From Girardia tigrina (taxonomy: Eukaryota): DNA of 64,000 nucleotides. Each line of letters begins with the position of its first letter. Within the stretch, counting starts at the first letter, position 1. The notes under the pieces are model-generated. The model was not told where the DNA came from, made no database searches, and worked only from the letters and a program-made list of their open reading frames with translations. The position numbers and the translations under genes were made by a program. This document shows positions 27,606-40,147 of the stretch, in pieces. The stretch lies in contig MQRK01254642.1 of NCBI GenBank assembly GCA_001938485.1, positions 1 through 64,000 of the forward strand, given 5' to 3'.

Positions 27606-28275
27606 ATGTCAACTATTGATGATTTGGAGAGCATATTTGATAAGCTTCTGATTAACAATGATGTTGAAAAAGAAATGAGGGAAGATGAATCGGAAGAGGG
27701 TAAAATAATGAAGATTCTACTTCAAATTCTAACCAAGAGTTTTGGCGAAATTATACAGAAATAAGGAATAATTTACCTTTTACTGACGATGATTCTGATT
27801 GGAGAGATGACAAGAATGGTGTTGAACGTGTTATGGAATATATAGCAAGAAATCAATCTGAGGAACGTATATGTCAACACAGAGATTTTAAGAATTGCTG
27901 CATGTAATGTCTGCACATGAATTACAATAAAACGAATATGAACCGAGATAGACCGAACAAGGTACGACCAGTTTGTGGAAATTTTCAATATTAACTGTAG
28001 TCGCCTGTTTCCCTGAAATAGGGAAGTGTACATTAACGAATCATAAATTCCGTTTCGAGGACGTATCCTTTTCAGGCAATTTATCCCTAATAGACGTTAC
28101 AGTTATGGATTAAAACTTTTCAAGTTATGGAGGAAATGTGGATTTACCTGCCGAATATAGTTGTTCGCAGGAAAAGTCGTGAATAGAGTTTGATCAGTAG
28201 CCGATGCAGTGGTGATGAAGTTGATGGACGACCATTTGGATTAGGGACGCCCGACAACTGATTCAGCAGTGTGAC
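27606..28275 (+). mobile_element. piggyBac (PGBD4-like) transposase remnant
   Basis: KVRP...INES*IPFRGRILFRQFIPNRRYSYGLKLFKL...VVMKLM...GR..DN*FSS. Confidence 0.85.
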
Positions 28276-29299
28276 TATCAATTTGCTCTTCACAGGTTCT
28301 GTTCGGATTTAAAATCCTTTGTATTATAATTTGAATTATCATATTACTATTATATTTCAATTCCAAATCCATCTTGCTAAGTCAAATTCAAAACCGACAT
28401 TTATTAGATTATATATTCAAGTATTGAATTGTTGTCGTTGATTAGTCCGTTTCAACTCCATAAAAAATTCTAATCGATTCGGTCAGAGAACCAGTATGTA
28501 TGTGTCAACAGAGTCTGAATAGTGAAGAGAGAAAAAACTGGTTCTAACTCATTTGGATTGGCTAGCCAATCAGAGCGAGTAGTTGAAGAAAGAAATCATT
28601 TAAAAGTCAATATTTCTGTAGTATGAAAATTTTATGATAAGTGATTTCATTGTACAAAAAAAACGATCTGTTCTAATGTTTTAATAGTTTTGCATATACA
28701 ATTTATGATTATTTTCAATTTTTGAATTTTTGCCGATTGTAAATGACGATATTTTTTACGAATTGTTTATTTTTTTTATTGAAACAGCATTAATATTTCT
28801 CGTTACAAAAACTTTTGATATAAAGATTGTATTTTATTTGAATTAAAATAAAATATTAATTTATGAATGAACTCTCCAGACTACTATACAAAATGGGCCT
28901 AGAACTACTAATCTAAGCTCCTTATGCGCACCTCTGCTACCCCCGTCTGGTATTTGGGGCAATCTTGGTATCAAGCAGAACAGGCCTCTTTAATAAAATT
29001 AGGGCTTAAAATCACTTTGACCCACCCGTGGTTAAGCCACCCCATATATCCACATTTACTTGAACCACCGGTGGTCAAGACATCGTCAATGTGTTTAAAT
29101 TATGTGCATAGTTGTAAATGGTAGCTTTACTTAGGTACTCTCTTGTAATAGTCCTTCAGTTAAACAATAATTTATTGGTGTAGTGCCCATTATTGTGAAA
29201 ACTCGGTCATTCTGACAATCTTATTATCTTATCTTTATGTCATTCCTAAATCCGTTATACTAATTATAATATAATTCAAATTGGAATATCAAGCAAATT

Positions 29300-30562
29300 G
29301 GAATCCAAATAAATAACTTCCGCTCAGGTACACAGTATCTATTGTTATTGTTTACACATACAACGGGTTACCGAGACATGGGATTTTTGTTTTCGTTACG
29401 CAGGTAGGACTTTAGTTAGTCTTTAGACCGCTGTCTAGCGTTGTGGGCGTTACGTTGATGTTTTTTCACCTTTCAAATAGAGAATCAAAAAGTACATTTA
29501 CGCCATATTATGCGTTGGGAATTTAAACATGGCAATAGTTCTGCTGCTACGGCCGAAAATATATGCAGTATGTATGATTAGGGAGTGATAACCAATCTGG
29601 CAGTAAGAAATTGGTTTGTCAAATTCTGTTCTGGAGATGTGACCTTTAAAGACAAACCAAGGGGGAGTTCGCCCTTCAGACTTCGATGACGATATTTTGA
29701 AGTCAATATTGGAACAAAATTTACGCCAAACAACGAGAGAGTTAGCAGAGAAGCTTAATACGTCACAGTCAATTGTTTGCTCCCACCTAGAGAAATTGGG
29801 AAAAGTAAACAAACTGGGACAATGGGTAGCCATAATCTGAGTGAACACAATAAAGCGGATAAGATGTCGATTGCCACATGTCTCCTCTCAAGACAAAAAA
29901 TGATTCTTTTTGGAAGAATATTATCACAGGTGATGAAAACTGGGTCACTTACGAGAACATCGTCCTTAAAAGGCAGTGGCTTGATAAAGGCCAACCACCT
30001 CTACCGGATCCTAAAGCGAACATTCATGGGAAGAAAATTTTGTTGTGTATGGTGAGATCGCTAAGGGATCATTCACTATGAGTTCTTAAACAGGAATGAA
30101 ACGGTTACTGCAGATGTGTATGTTCAACAACTGCAAAGAGTACACGAAAACTTTTAAAGACGTGCCCTGCACTCGTCAACCGTAAAAACATCATTCTGCT
30201 CCACGATGAAGCAAAACCACATATATCGAGGATGACTCAAGCAAAAATTCTCGAACTTGGCTGGTCTGTTTTACCTCATCCACCATACTCCTAGGATCTT
30301 GGTCCGACAGATTATCATCTTTTTTGCTCCTTGTAGAATTTTTTTAATAGAATTTTTTTTGATTTAGACCAGACACTGAAGGAGGCTGTCCTTGGCTTCT
30401 TCCCCTCCAAACCGACTAAGTTTTACGAGGAAGGAATCAATAAGTTGAGTACAAGATGGGAACAGGTCATAGCAAATAGTGGAGTGTACATTTTAAATTA
30501 GTTTTTATTTTTTTATGTTATTGAAAACCAAAAAGAACGAAGTTATTTATGACTCAAACTGA
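29300..30562 (+). mobile_element. Mariner (DD34D) element, defective
   Basis: Transposase ~29477-30500: [48 protein letters not shown]; degenerate TIR core ATAAATAACTTC. Confidence 0.9.
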
Positions 30563-31149
30563 CAATTTCAAAAGTTAATGAAATTGGGTTAATACGAAAA
30601 ATAAAAAATTAAACAATTTTGTTTATATATTCAGAATTATGATTTTTTATGTTAATAAATTTTTAAGAAATATTTGTCGTTTTTCTTTACTTTTAATTTT
30701 TATCCGTGGTTTTTATTATGAAACGGTCACTTCAAAAAACGGCCGCCACAACAAAATTATGTCAGAAATTGGATCTATTGCTACTGTGTTTCTTACCTCA
30801 AATGGGCAACCCACAATCCACGGCAATCGTGAATTCAACAGTGGTGAAATCCCGAATACTTGATTACATTGCGGTTCTCCATGTCACCTGTCGATCGACT
30901 GTCTCAGAGTGTGTCTGGATTGATCGCCGTACACCCAATCAAATCCGGATCGATCGCATTTAACTTAACTGAATCCTAACCGAAAGACTACATTGACTCA
31001 TTTCGAACATCTCAGTGACATTAGTCTTACTTACGTTCCTGTCAGCTGTAACGAAGAAACAGTAACTATCTTGATCCGAAAAGCAGTGAGAGCTTTATAG
31101 CAGATAAAAATGGATATCATACAGACCAACAAGCTTTGATTTCCAGGTG

Positions 31150-31216
31150 GCTCTTTACAAATCACTTTGGCAACAGATGCATCCAACATCGCAATTGAGG
31201 CAGTTCAGATGCAAGT
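31150..31216 (+). mobile_element. Gypsy RNase H fragment
   Basis: QITLATDASNIAIEAVQMQ. Confidence 0.55.
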
Positions 31217-32350
31217 GCTGAATTACATTCCCGAACCAGATTACAGTTGGGAAGTATCACGGTCGAACGGACCTCATGTTGTGCCTCCCTAGTCAAATCC
31301 TGGAGATACAGGGGTTAGTTAGAGAACCCCGAGGTTGGTCAGGCAAAGAGGAGATGTTTTAGGTTCCATATTGTAGGGAACCTGACAAGATTCTGTGAGG
31401 CATCAAAATGAACCTGTTCTGTTTGAAAATACAAGATACATATGCCTGGCTAATGCTCACAAAGACGCACAGGGCCACAAAAAAATGAATAACGGAAAAT
31501 AATTATGTGCAGCTGGTTTTCCGTCTTGGAATACGCAGTTATCAGGGTTCGTTATCGAGATGAATGATGCAGTTACGTAGACGTTAGTGAACTCGTGTTA
31601 CTGCCGATCGATAATGGCTTGTAACATTGTCGGATCATGTAAGTTTGAAAATTTTAGCGCAGGTAGTTTGATGATGAGNNNNNNNNNNNNNNNNNNNNNN
31701 NNNNNNNNNNNNNNNNNNNNNNNNNNNNAAAATACAAGATATATATGCCTGGCTAATGCTCACAAAGACGCACAGGGCCACAAAAAAACGAATAATGGAA
31801 AATAATTATGTGCAGCTGGTTTTCCGTCTTGGAATGCGCAGTTATCAGGGTTCGTTATCGAGATGAATGATGCAGTTACGTAGACGTTAGTGAACTCGTG
31901 TTACTGCCGATCGATAATAGCTTGTAACATTGTCGGATCATGTAAGTTTGAAAATTTTAGCGCAGGTAGTTTGATGATGAGTGGAGAGTTTGTCACATAT
32001 ACGGTAAGCAAAAACGTTAGGGATGTTGCAATTACCGTGAGTTGTTTGGTTATTGCAAAGTGGTCAGGGTGTGATTTTATCATTGCTATTGACAGAATCG
32101 GAAAGTTATTGGGTGTTTGGTTCAAATATAATAAAAACGTGTTGTACGGAGTTGAGCAGAAACTATCCGAGACGGTAAACATATGGAAATGTTAGTATTG
32201 TGTCTCTGGATGTTAGTGATGATAGTATCGAGGAAATTCGTCTAGATTGAACGGAACTGCAGCCACGGATCTTTGATAAGGATTTTGAAGTCTATTTTGA
32301 CTGCAAAAGATGGATTATGAACTATCATTTGCTCAAAGAATGTTACATTC

Positions 32351-34454
32351 TGTTGTAGTCGAAAACTCATTCACACATTCACATGTAATTATATAACGAT
32401 ACACAAAAGAAAGGAAGAGATGACGAACAATACATTTATTTGATAGCATAATGTAACAAATCAGATCCCGAAACTGTTCTTGGTTCCCCTCACAATCCAA
32501 CGAAGTAAAGAAGACACCGCATGAGAGCTAAAAATGTAACATAAAGAAAATAAACAAAGCTGAATAAAAACCTACCCGATTATGAAAATCGAACAATCGC
32601 CCCTCCACAGTTAGAGCATCGCGAAGCACATATGTGACAGTGACCCGTCAGAACGTGGAAGATCCCTGAGAGAAGTTATAAACCTTAAAAGAATAAAAGT
32701 TAATTAAAATGAACCCGAAAAATAATAAAGTTCCTTACCGGATTACCCAGTGGGGTTAGGAGGTCATCCGGCTCCCTCCGAGTAGCTCTTCGCAAGGCAA
32801 ATCCATGAGTGGAATCCGTGAGACAGCGACATCTTCCTGAGAGAAGATATAACCCCTGAAAGATTAAAAAATTAATTAAAAATACAAAGACAGTTAATTA
32901 AGATTACCATGAGTCAGGCCCACAAAACGAAAATAGCATCACGTGATGAATAATCATTATTTATCGGTGACAAAGCAGGCTTTGTTTCGTTTGCACACCA
33001 TATAGAAGTCACTTGCTCTGGCGAATCGAAATCAAAAATTGGACAGACCAGCCAATCAGTAATAGACTCGAGTAGCATGCACCCCGACAAACCCAATATC
33101 GCTGTTATAAATATAACAGTTTTCCGAGACGAAATCAGAAAGTTTTTGAGAAAAAGTTTTAAGACAAAATAAGAAACTTTAAAAGAATTTTAAGAGAAGC
33201 GAAGAAGTTGTTAACAGAAGTTTCCGAGACAAAATTAGAGAAGACTAACCCACATTGTTTATCAACCAGAGGACGGGAAGCAACAATCTACAAAACGAAT
33301 AACAGAAAACCTTCCTCCTGAGACCGAACTAAAACTAATGTAATTTTAAGTTCAATGTTTATTTTTATTCAATATATGTATAATTTGATAATTTTATTTT
33401 TGTTATAATTTTGATAACGTAAATAGATTTACTCTTTTAGCTAAGTTTTAAGGAATTTAAGCCTCGTCGTCGTTGTGGTCGTCACTCTCGCCTATAAATG
33501 AATAACAGTAAATCGAGAACCGAGATGAGCGTCAGCAGACGGAGATGTAAGAGAGATATGGGATCGCCCCTACCGTCACTTATGCCTACTTTATCCCACA
33601 TAATTATGATGCCGCGGCACGTGAACAGTCTTCGTCAAGACTAATGATTGCCAGAAATTATGATTGTTAATAATAAAAGAAAGAGATTTAGTGTGATGAT
33701 TTGTAAATATATGAATTAAGCTCTTATAACTGAAATAAATTTTCACAAAGACTCCCTACTTATGCGAATGTGACGATGATAATAGATGACCTGATGACAA
33801 ATATCAAGATAGAATTTATATAAACCTGCTGTTGATATCAAGGTTGAAATGCCGGAAATGATGTAGATATTGACGGTCACGTAAATAATGATAATAATGT
33901 AACTATTGACGACGATAAAATGCCGAGGGTAACATAACAATAATGCAATAATATATGAATATATAATGATATATAATAATTTGTTATTGATTTTAGATAG
34001 ATAGAAACATAATATTGCCGTAGGCCAGACACGCAATTATAACTACGATACAATTATGCCTCAAGTTCCAACAAACGATATCACAATGCCGCAAGTCCGA
34101 CAGAACATAAACATAACAGTGCCATAATTTATGAACATCAGCACAACATTTGCATTTCAGACAAGCATGAGCGACGCACTCATCGAAGGAATACATGAAT
34201 ACATATGCTTTGAATCATACCCGAGCGACACTGAACTAGGTGGGGGCCCATAGCCTATCCTACCTTTAACCGAACCCGAAGACCCTCTGAACCTGGCACT
34301 GCTGGTCAGATGTCAGGTAAGCAGAGGCGTCCGACCCTATTACACAATAATGTCTAAAATCAAAATGAAATTGGAGTGGGTTGTGGTTGACCCTTAACAA
34401 TCACTGGGGGCTCTTGAGTTATCAAAAATATTTTCACTCGAAGGGGTCGCGAAA
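32351..34454. mobile_element. ~2.1-kb insertion (long LTR-like) inside the Gypsy pol
   Basis: Gypsy coding sequence stops at ~32350 and resumes at ~34460; insert starts TGT; possible TSD ATTC; right boundary approximate. Confidence 0.5.
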
Positions 34455-35961
34455 ATTCCTTGCTAAAAAAGAATGTTCCTCTCTACCCTGTCAAGTGACA
34501 AATTCAGAATGAGTTTGATGGTGAAGTTGAAAGAAGGATGGTCGCAGGAGTTTAAGGATCAATGCAAAGGAGTTGTTCCGTTAATGGCCGTTGTTCAGCA
34601 TAGTAAGCGAGTTGAACCAATACGCTTTCATTCATTCAATATCCAGTGATATTTGCACGGTGAAGATTAGGACACGGCGTTAAATGAGGAGAAATATCAG
34701 CATATTTGATTTAAAAGACGCATATTTACAGTTGCATGAGCAATTTCATGTGCAGTTGCCAACATGTTTCCTTAATGATACATTAAAATTTTTTAAAAGC
34801 CAATGAAAAAAACACCTGGTAATATTTTTGAGAATTAGCTTTCGAGAAGCCAGTTTGGGAAAAGCTGCTGAGTTATCTCAAATGTATTGTAAAGCACAAA
34901 TATTTTTTAAAAAGTTATAAAATGGTCAAGAATGTATTGTTGCATAGACTCGAGGAAGAAGAGCTAATGACTCAAATGTTAATTTCTTGTATTGACGAAG
35001 ATTCTGTTGTCCTTGAAATCAAATTACGAAAACTAAAGAGTGTCAATAAAATATTGTTATTCGTTACCCTCGTAGAAGAAATAAACAAAGCAAAGAAGAT
35101 TAATGTGGTGAATAGATATTGAGATGTTGTTAAAAACAGAATATTGTACATGGTATTGGTTGTACGATATAAAGGGAAGGTGTAGGCGTTAAAGAAGCTT
35201 GGTTTGTGGTTAAACGTTGCACCATAGATTATGTCTACTGTGATCAAATTTGAGTTGTCAAGTGAAATAAAAATTTAAGAGGCAACCGATTCTTCTGTAG
35301 ACTATATCATGGTAAATTTGAACAAGGTCACCATCCAGGATGTGTTGAATCTATTAAGGAAAATTGGCCTACACTCAAAAATGGCGGAGTAGTTGAGCTG
35401 GGGTCGGGTTCTGCAACTTCGAGAATACAAAGATGCTGTGGTAATGATATGGAAACGTGGTTGCATAAATCAAGATGTCAGTTCGGTGTTGACAAAAAGA
35501 CAAGTTTTCTCGTGCTGTGTGCAAATGATTGGGCGTTTCCTTATTGCCGGTTGGTTACGGTTGATGTGCAGTTTTTTTAAAAGGACGGTAAGGGGAAGAA
35601 GTAAGACGAGAACGTAGATGAGGTGGGTTTAGCTATTCTAGGCGCTACCAGGACCTAGTTACTTAGAATCGATCCCCTTGGCTGAGTGTTTAGTGATGCA
35701 AGGGTAGAGGATAATTGTTGGTTGTGGAAAAGAGATGACAAATGTCACATAAATCTGACTGAATTTGAAACCGTACTGAATGCAGTAAACATAGAACTGG
35801 TACTAGAAATGAGAGAAATTGAAATCATAATTGACTCCGCAATGGTTTGTTCGCGGATGAGGTCAGTTAGCGTAGGAGATAAACGGGTTTAATTATCCGG
35901 ACTTTCAGATGCGATAGTAAAGGGGCAGCTGTTTTTGCTGGAGAAAGTGGTGCATTATTGT

Positions 35962-37456
35962 TATTAAGAACACCAATATGGGTTTTCGAACTTTTATTTT
36001 CAATACAATTAGAATTGTCTTTTGGACAACTCTCAGCCAAGCTTTCGTAATTCGACATCGTTCTAAATTGATAAATTTTAGTTAATGTTTTTTTAATAAA
36101 CAATAATTCAAAGAAATTTTTGATTATTTTTAGATTTTATTTTTTAAAGTTCTAATTTTGTAATTTTTAATCTACATATTAATTTTATTTTAAAAATTAT
36201 TTTATTTAAAAAAAGAACATTTATTTAATTTAAAACTTAGTTGAAAGTTATTTACTTTTGTAAGTAGCGTTTATGCCACTTTCATTATTATCACATTCTA
36301 AAGTCATAATTTAACACCACCAAAAATTTATTAATATTCACAATTCATATACGTAAACAAATTTCTTGTTACTTCAATTATTTCGCCCAAAATTAGTTCA
36401 TTAAATTTTTTCGATTAAATTTTGAAAATATGCAAAAATTTAAATCTAAAATAATCTTATATTTTTTTACAAAAAAATTTACAATATTTACAAAAATTAC
36501 AATATCTTAATTAATCTTATATTTTTTTACAAAGAATTTTACAATATTTTGATCTTAAATAATCTTATATTTTTTACAAAAATTTTACCCTTAAATAATT
36601 TACATTTTCTTACAAAAAATTTACAAATTTTTAATGTAACCAAATTTTACATTCTTACGAAACTTAATCATAAAANNNNNNNNNNNNNNNNNNNNNNNNN
36701 NNNNNNNNNNNAAAAATTATTTCTGAAAATATTAATCCGTTAATTAAAATTTATTTAGCTTATTCTATAACTTTTATTAAAATATGTTAATTGTTATTAC
36801 TGTAAACATATTTTAAATAAGTATTTATTATCTTATTTTTACTCTACATTGTAATTGTTAATTTATTTCTTTTAAATTTTCAAATTAAAAAAAATAATAA
36901 ACTATTTTGGCGAAACTTAAAACTAACCCCTCATAACTTTATTTAAATTTTTAATATTAAAATTTGAAACGATTTGATATTTTTAAAGTTTTTTAAATAT
37001 CTTATGCTGTACTTTAAAATGCAAATTATACTCGAATAATTATTCATCGTGAACNNNNNNNNNNNNNNNNNNNNNNNNNNNNNNNNNNNNNNNNNNNNNN
37101 NNNNTAAGTATTTATTATCATATTTTTACTCTACATTGTAATTGTTAATTTATTTCTTTTAAATTTTCAAATTAAAAAAATAATAAACTATTTTGGCGAA
37201 ACTTAAAACTAACCCCTCATAACTTTATTTAAATTTTTAATATTAAAATTTGAAACGATTTGATATTTTTAAAGTTTTTTTAAATATCTTATGCTGTACT
37301 TTAAAATGCAAATTATACTCGAATAATTATTCATCGTGAACATCTAAAATATCAATTTTCTATCTGGGTAAGAAAAACATATTTCCAAATACTAAACTCA
37401 ACATACAAAATTCAACATACCAATTTTAACATACCAAATTTAAAATATTCCTCACA
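35962..37456 (-). mobile_element. Solo LTR-like family B (long variant, gapped) inserted in Gypsy pol
   Basis: TATTAAGAAC...TTCCTCACA; TSD ATTGT/AATGT. Confidence 0.75.
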
Positions 37457-38837
37457 AATGTGGTGTTGCTGTAACGATTTTATTTGTGAAATCTGTCGAA
37501 GATAAATCTGATGAGCTGATCAGAGTTCCGTTAAAATGGTGGAGAGTCCTAGTGGTGTTTTTTGGCAGGTAATGATGAAATAGCATCAACAATCTAGGAT
37601 GTAAAAGCAGTTCATGCGATTCACCATTGCTGCGTTGATAGAACGCTTTTTCTCAGTTTGAAAGATTTACGGAACTACATATAAATAGATGGTAGAGAGG
37701 GTGATTAAAGAATGTGATTGTTTCTTGTCGATAGATCCAAGTGCGGTGCAATGGAGTAAAAGCGAAGTATTAGTTTCGAAAAAATTTGGAATGACTTAAT
37801 GTAATATTACTCATTATGGGATTGCGATTTATTTCACGTGTGTCAACTGACGTCCAAGTCATTTCACAATTTGGAAAAGGGGGAACAGCGAGAGTGCTGA
37901 CTGGTTGAGGGAAACATTGGCCGAAATATTCAGAGGGATCCGCCGAATGAACTATTGTGCGAAGACGGTAAGTGTTTCCGATTAGATAAACTGCAACATC
38001 TGTGCAGTACGCTGTGCTTACAGACCCTCCGGGAACGGTATCGTTAGTGGATTAAATAAGGTCAAAGGGTTAAAAGTTAATAAAATATTATAATTATTAG
38101 AGATAAGTAATTAATTTTAATTGCTAATTAATCAGACAGATATCATAGATATATTGGTTGAACACAAAGAATGAATTATTTTTAATGCATTACTTGTTTA
38201 TCATATGATTGTATTTTGTTTTTTTTATATTTATTATTTTATTTTATTTCAGACAAAAATAGAAAAAAATGTTGATTTTTTAAAAATGTCCAAAAGAAGA
38301 CGTTTCATTGTTACAATTTTTTAAAAGTGGAACTTATAAAAGAATTCATAAGGATCGTTTGAAAAAGACGATTCGAAACGACAGCATTTTTAAACAACTT
38401 TAAAGCATACACTCAGCTATACATATAATAGAATAGTAAAAGACAAGTAGTTCAGAACCTGTATTCTTTACTTACTTAATTTAAAATCTTTAATGTGTTA
38501 AAAATTATTTTTTGCACCCCCAAATGAGAATTTCTGGTTGTGCCCCTGGTGTTAGATAAAACAAGAGCTCTCATTTTCAGTTAAATTAAAAAAATTTTAA
38601 AATAAAACATATTTTGTTTGATGCCAAGAGGCCTTATAACTAAAAGCCTGCAGATATTCATTGGTTTACGTCTCTTAAATAAACATTCAGAGAATTAACA
38701 AATATACATCAGCAATCTGATAATTTCGGAAAACAAAACCGGGTAAAATTAAAACCGCTTCTTGATAATTTAAGGGCAAAGTCATTCTTAAAATTTTGAA
38801 ATTTTTTTAATGAATTGAAAAAAAGGCATTGATTTTT

Positions 38838-40147
38838 ATATATGTTAAATAAATAGGTCTATATAAGAATATTTATAATATATTTAATATACTTAGTATT
38901 AAGAACAATAATATGATTTCCAATACTTTTATTGACATGACAACTCGAATTGTCTTTAGTACAATTCTCTGCAAAACTTTCGTAGTTAGACATCGTTCTT
39001 GATTGATAATTTAAATTTCAAGTTCTAAACCTCGAATTATTCGAACATAATTGTATTACAATTATTTACTAAAATATTTTAATTCATTTTAAATACATGA
39101 TATATGATTAAATATGTTATTTTCAATTTTTTTAATGCTGATTGGAAACAAAAATATAATGAAAAATAAAGGCCCATAGGCGTTAAAACGGAAATAGCAA
39201 CTGAATAAATGCCCATGAGAGTATTCGGATGGGCGTATTCTGAGAAAAATTCGGTAAAACAATTGTTGCAAATTTTGCATGAAGATAGTGAAAACGCCAT
39301 CGAAATATATCGAAATATATAAAAAAAAGAATATTTCAAAATTAATAAACTTTTCAGATTCAAATGGCGTTTTTGGTTAAATATTTTTATGTTACTCGGG
39401 TTTGGTTGAATAATTCCCTGTAATAAAAATCACTTAGAGAATAAAGATCTTTTTAAATAAATGCTCATTTAACTTAATTTTTTAACAAAACCTCTTTTAA
39501 GTAATTCACTTCATACGATTTAACATCACTGCAAATATGTATTCCTCTTAAATTTGGTTTTTAGTTCCTCCTAACTCCATCTATTTAATTTACTTAAATA
39601 TGTAAATCCAATATAAATCGTCTCATGATAATTTTTTATATAAAGAGAATGTTTTTACTTAATTCATTTCTTAAATCAACATTTTAAATTACTATATTTT
39701 ACCTTCTATATCGCATTGTGTTTCTCCAACCCAGATGGAAGATAGAAATTTTGAATGTTTTGAACCGGTGGATTATTTGGTCAATTTTGAAATGTAAATA
39801 ACAAATTTACAATTAAATTAATATATTTAAATCAATAAATATATATTTTAATAGTGGATTGTAAAAGATTTATTTAATCCTATATCATGTATTTAAAATG
39901 AATTAAAATATTTTAGTAAGGAATTGTAATATAAATATGTTCGAATAATTCGAGGTTTAGAACTTGAAATTTAAATTATCAATCAAGAACGATGTCTAAC
40001 TACGAAAGTTTTGCAGAGAATTGTACTAAAGACAATTCGAATTGTCATGTCAATAAAAGTATTGGAAATCATATTATTGTTCTTAATACTAAGTATATTA
40101 AATATATTATAAATATTCTTCTATAGACTTATTTATTTAACATATAT
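38838..40147. repeat. 277-bp inverted repeat (38838-39114 / 39871-40147)
   Basis: Near-identical reverse-complement arms with a 756-bp spacer; each arm is a family B 3' end plus ~59 bp of flank. Confidence 0.9.

Larger units (their letters stand above)
31240..38043 (+). mobile_element. Decayed Gypsy-like element (gag knuckle, PR, RT, RH, IN) split by nested insertions
   Basis: Ordered pieces: ICLANAHKDAQGH; TLVNSCYCRSII; GVVPLMAVVQ; DLKDAYLQL; KLGLWLNVAP; LTKRQVFS..GWLRLMCSF; HINLTE; RCAYRPSGNGIV. Confidence 0.8.

Noticed and set aside
31427-31982. ~250-bp direct repeat
   Set aside because: The copies flank an N gap; most likely unmerged contig overlap or haplotypes.
32880-32940. Flatworm-type spliced-leader gene (ATG|GT)
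   Set aside because: No SL-like stem-loops or Sm-binding site context; behaves like an ordinary short intron.
36817-37341. ~240-bp direct repeat
   Set aside because: Flanks an N gap; likely assembly artefact.
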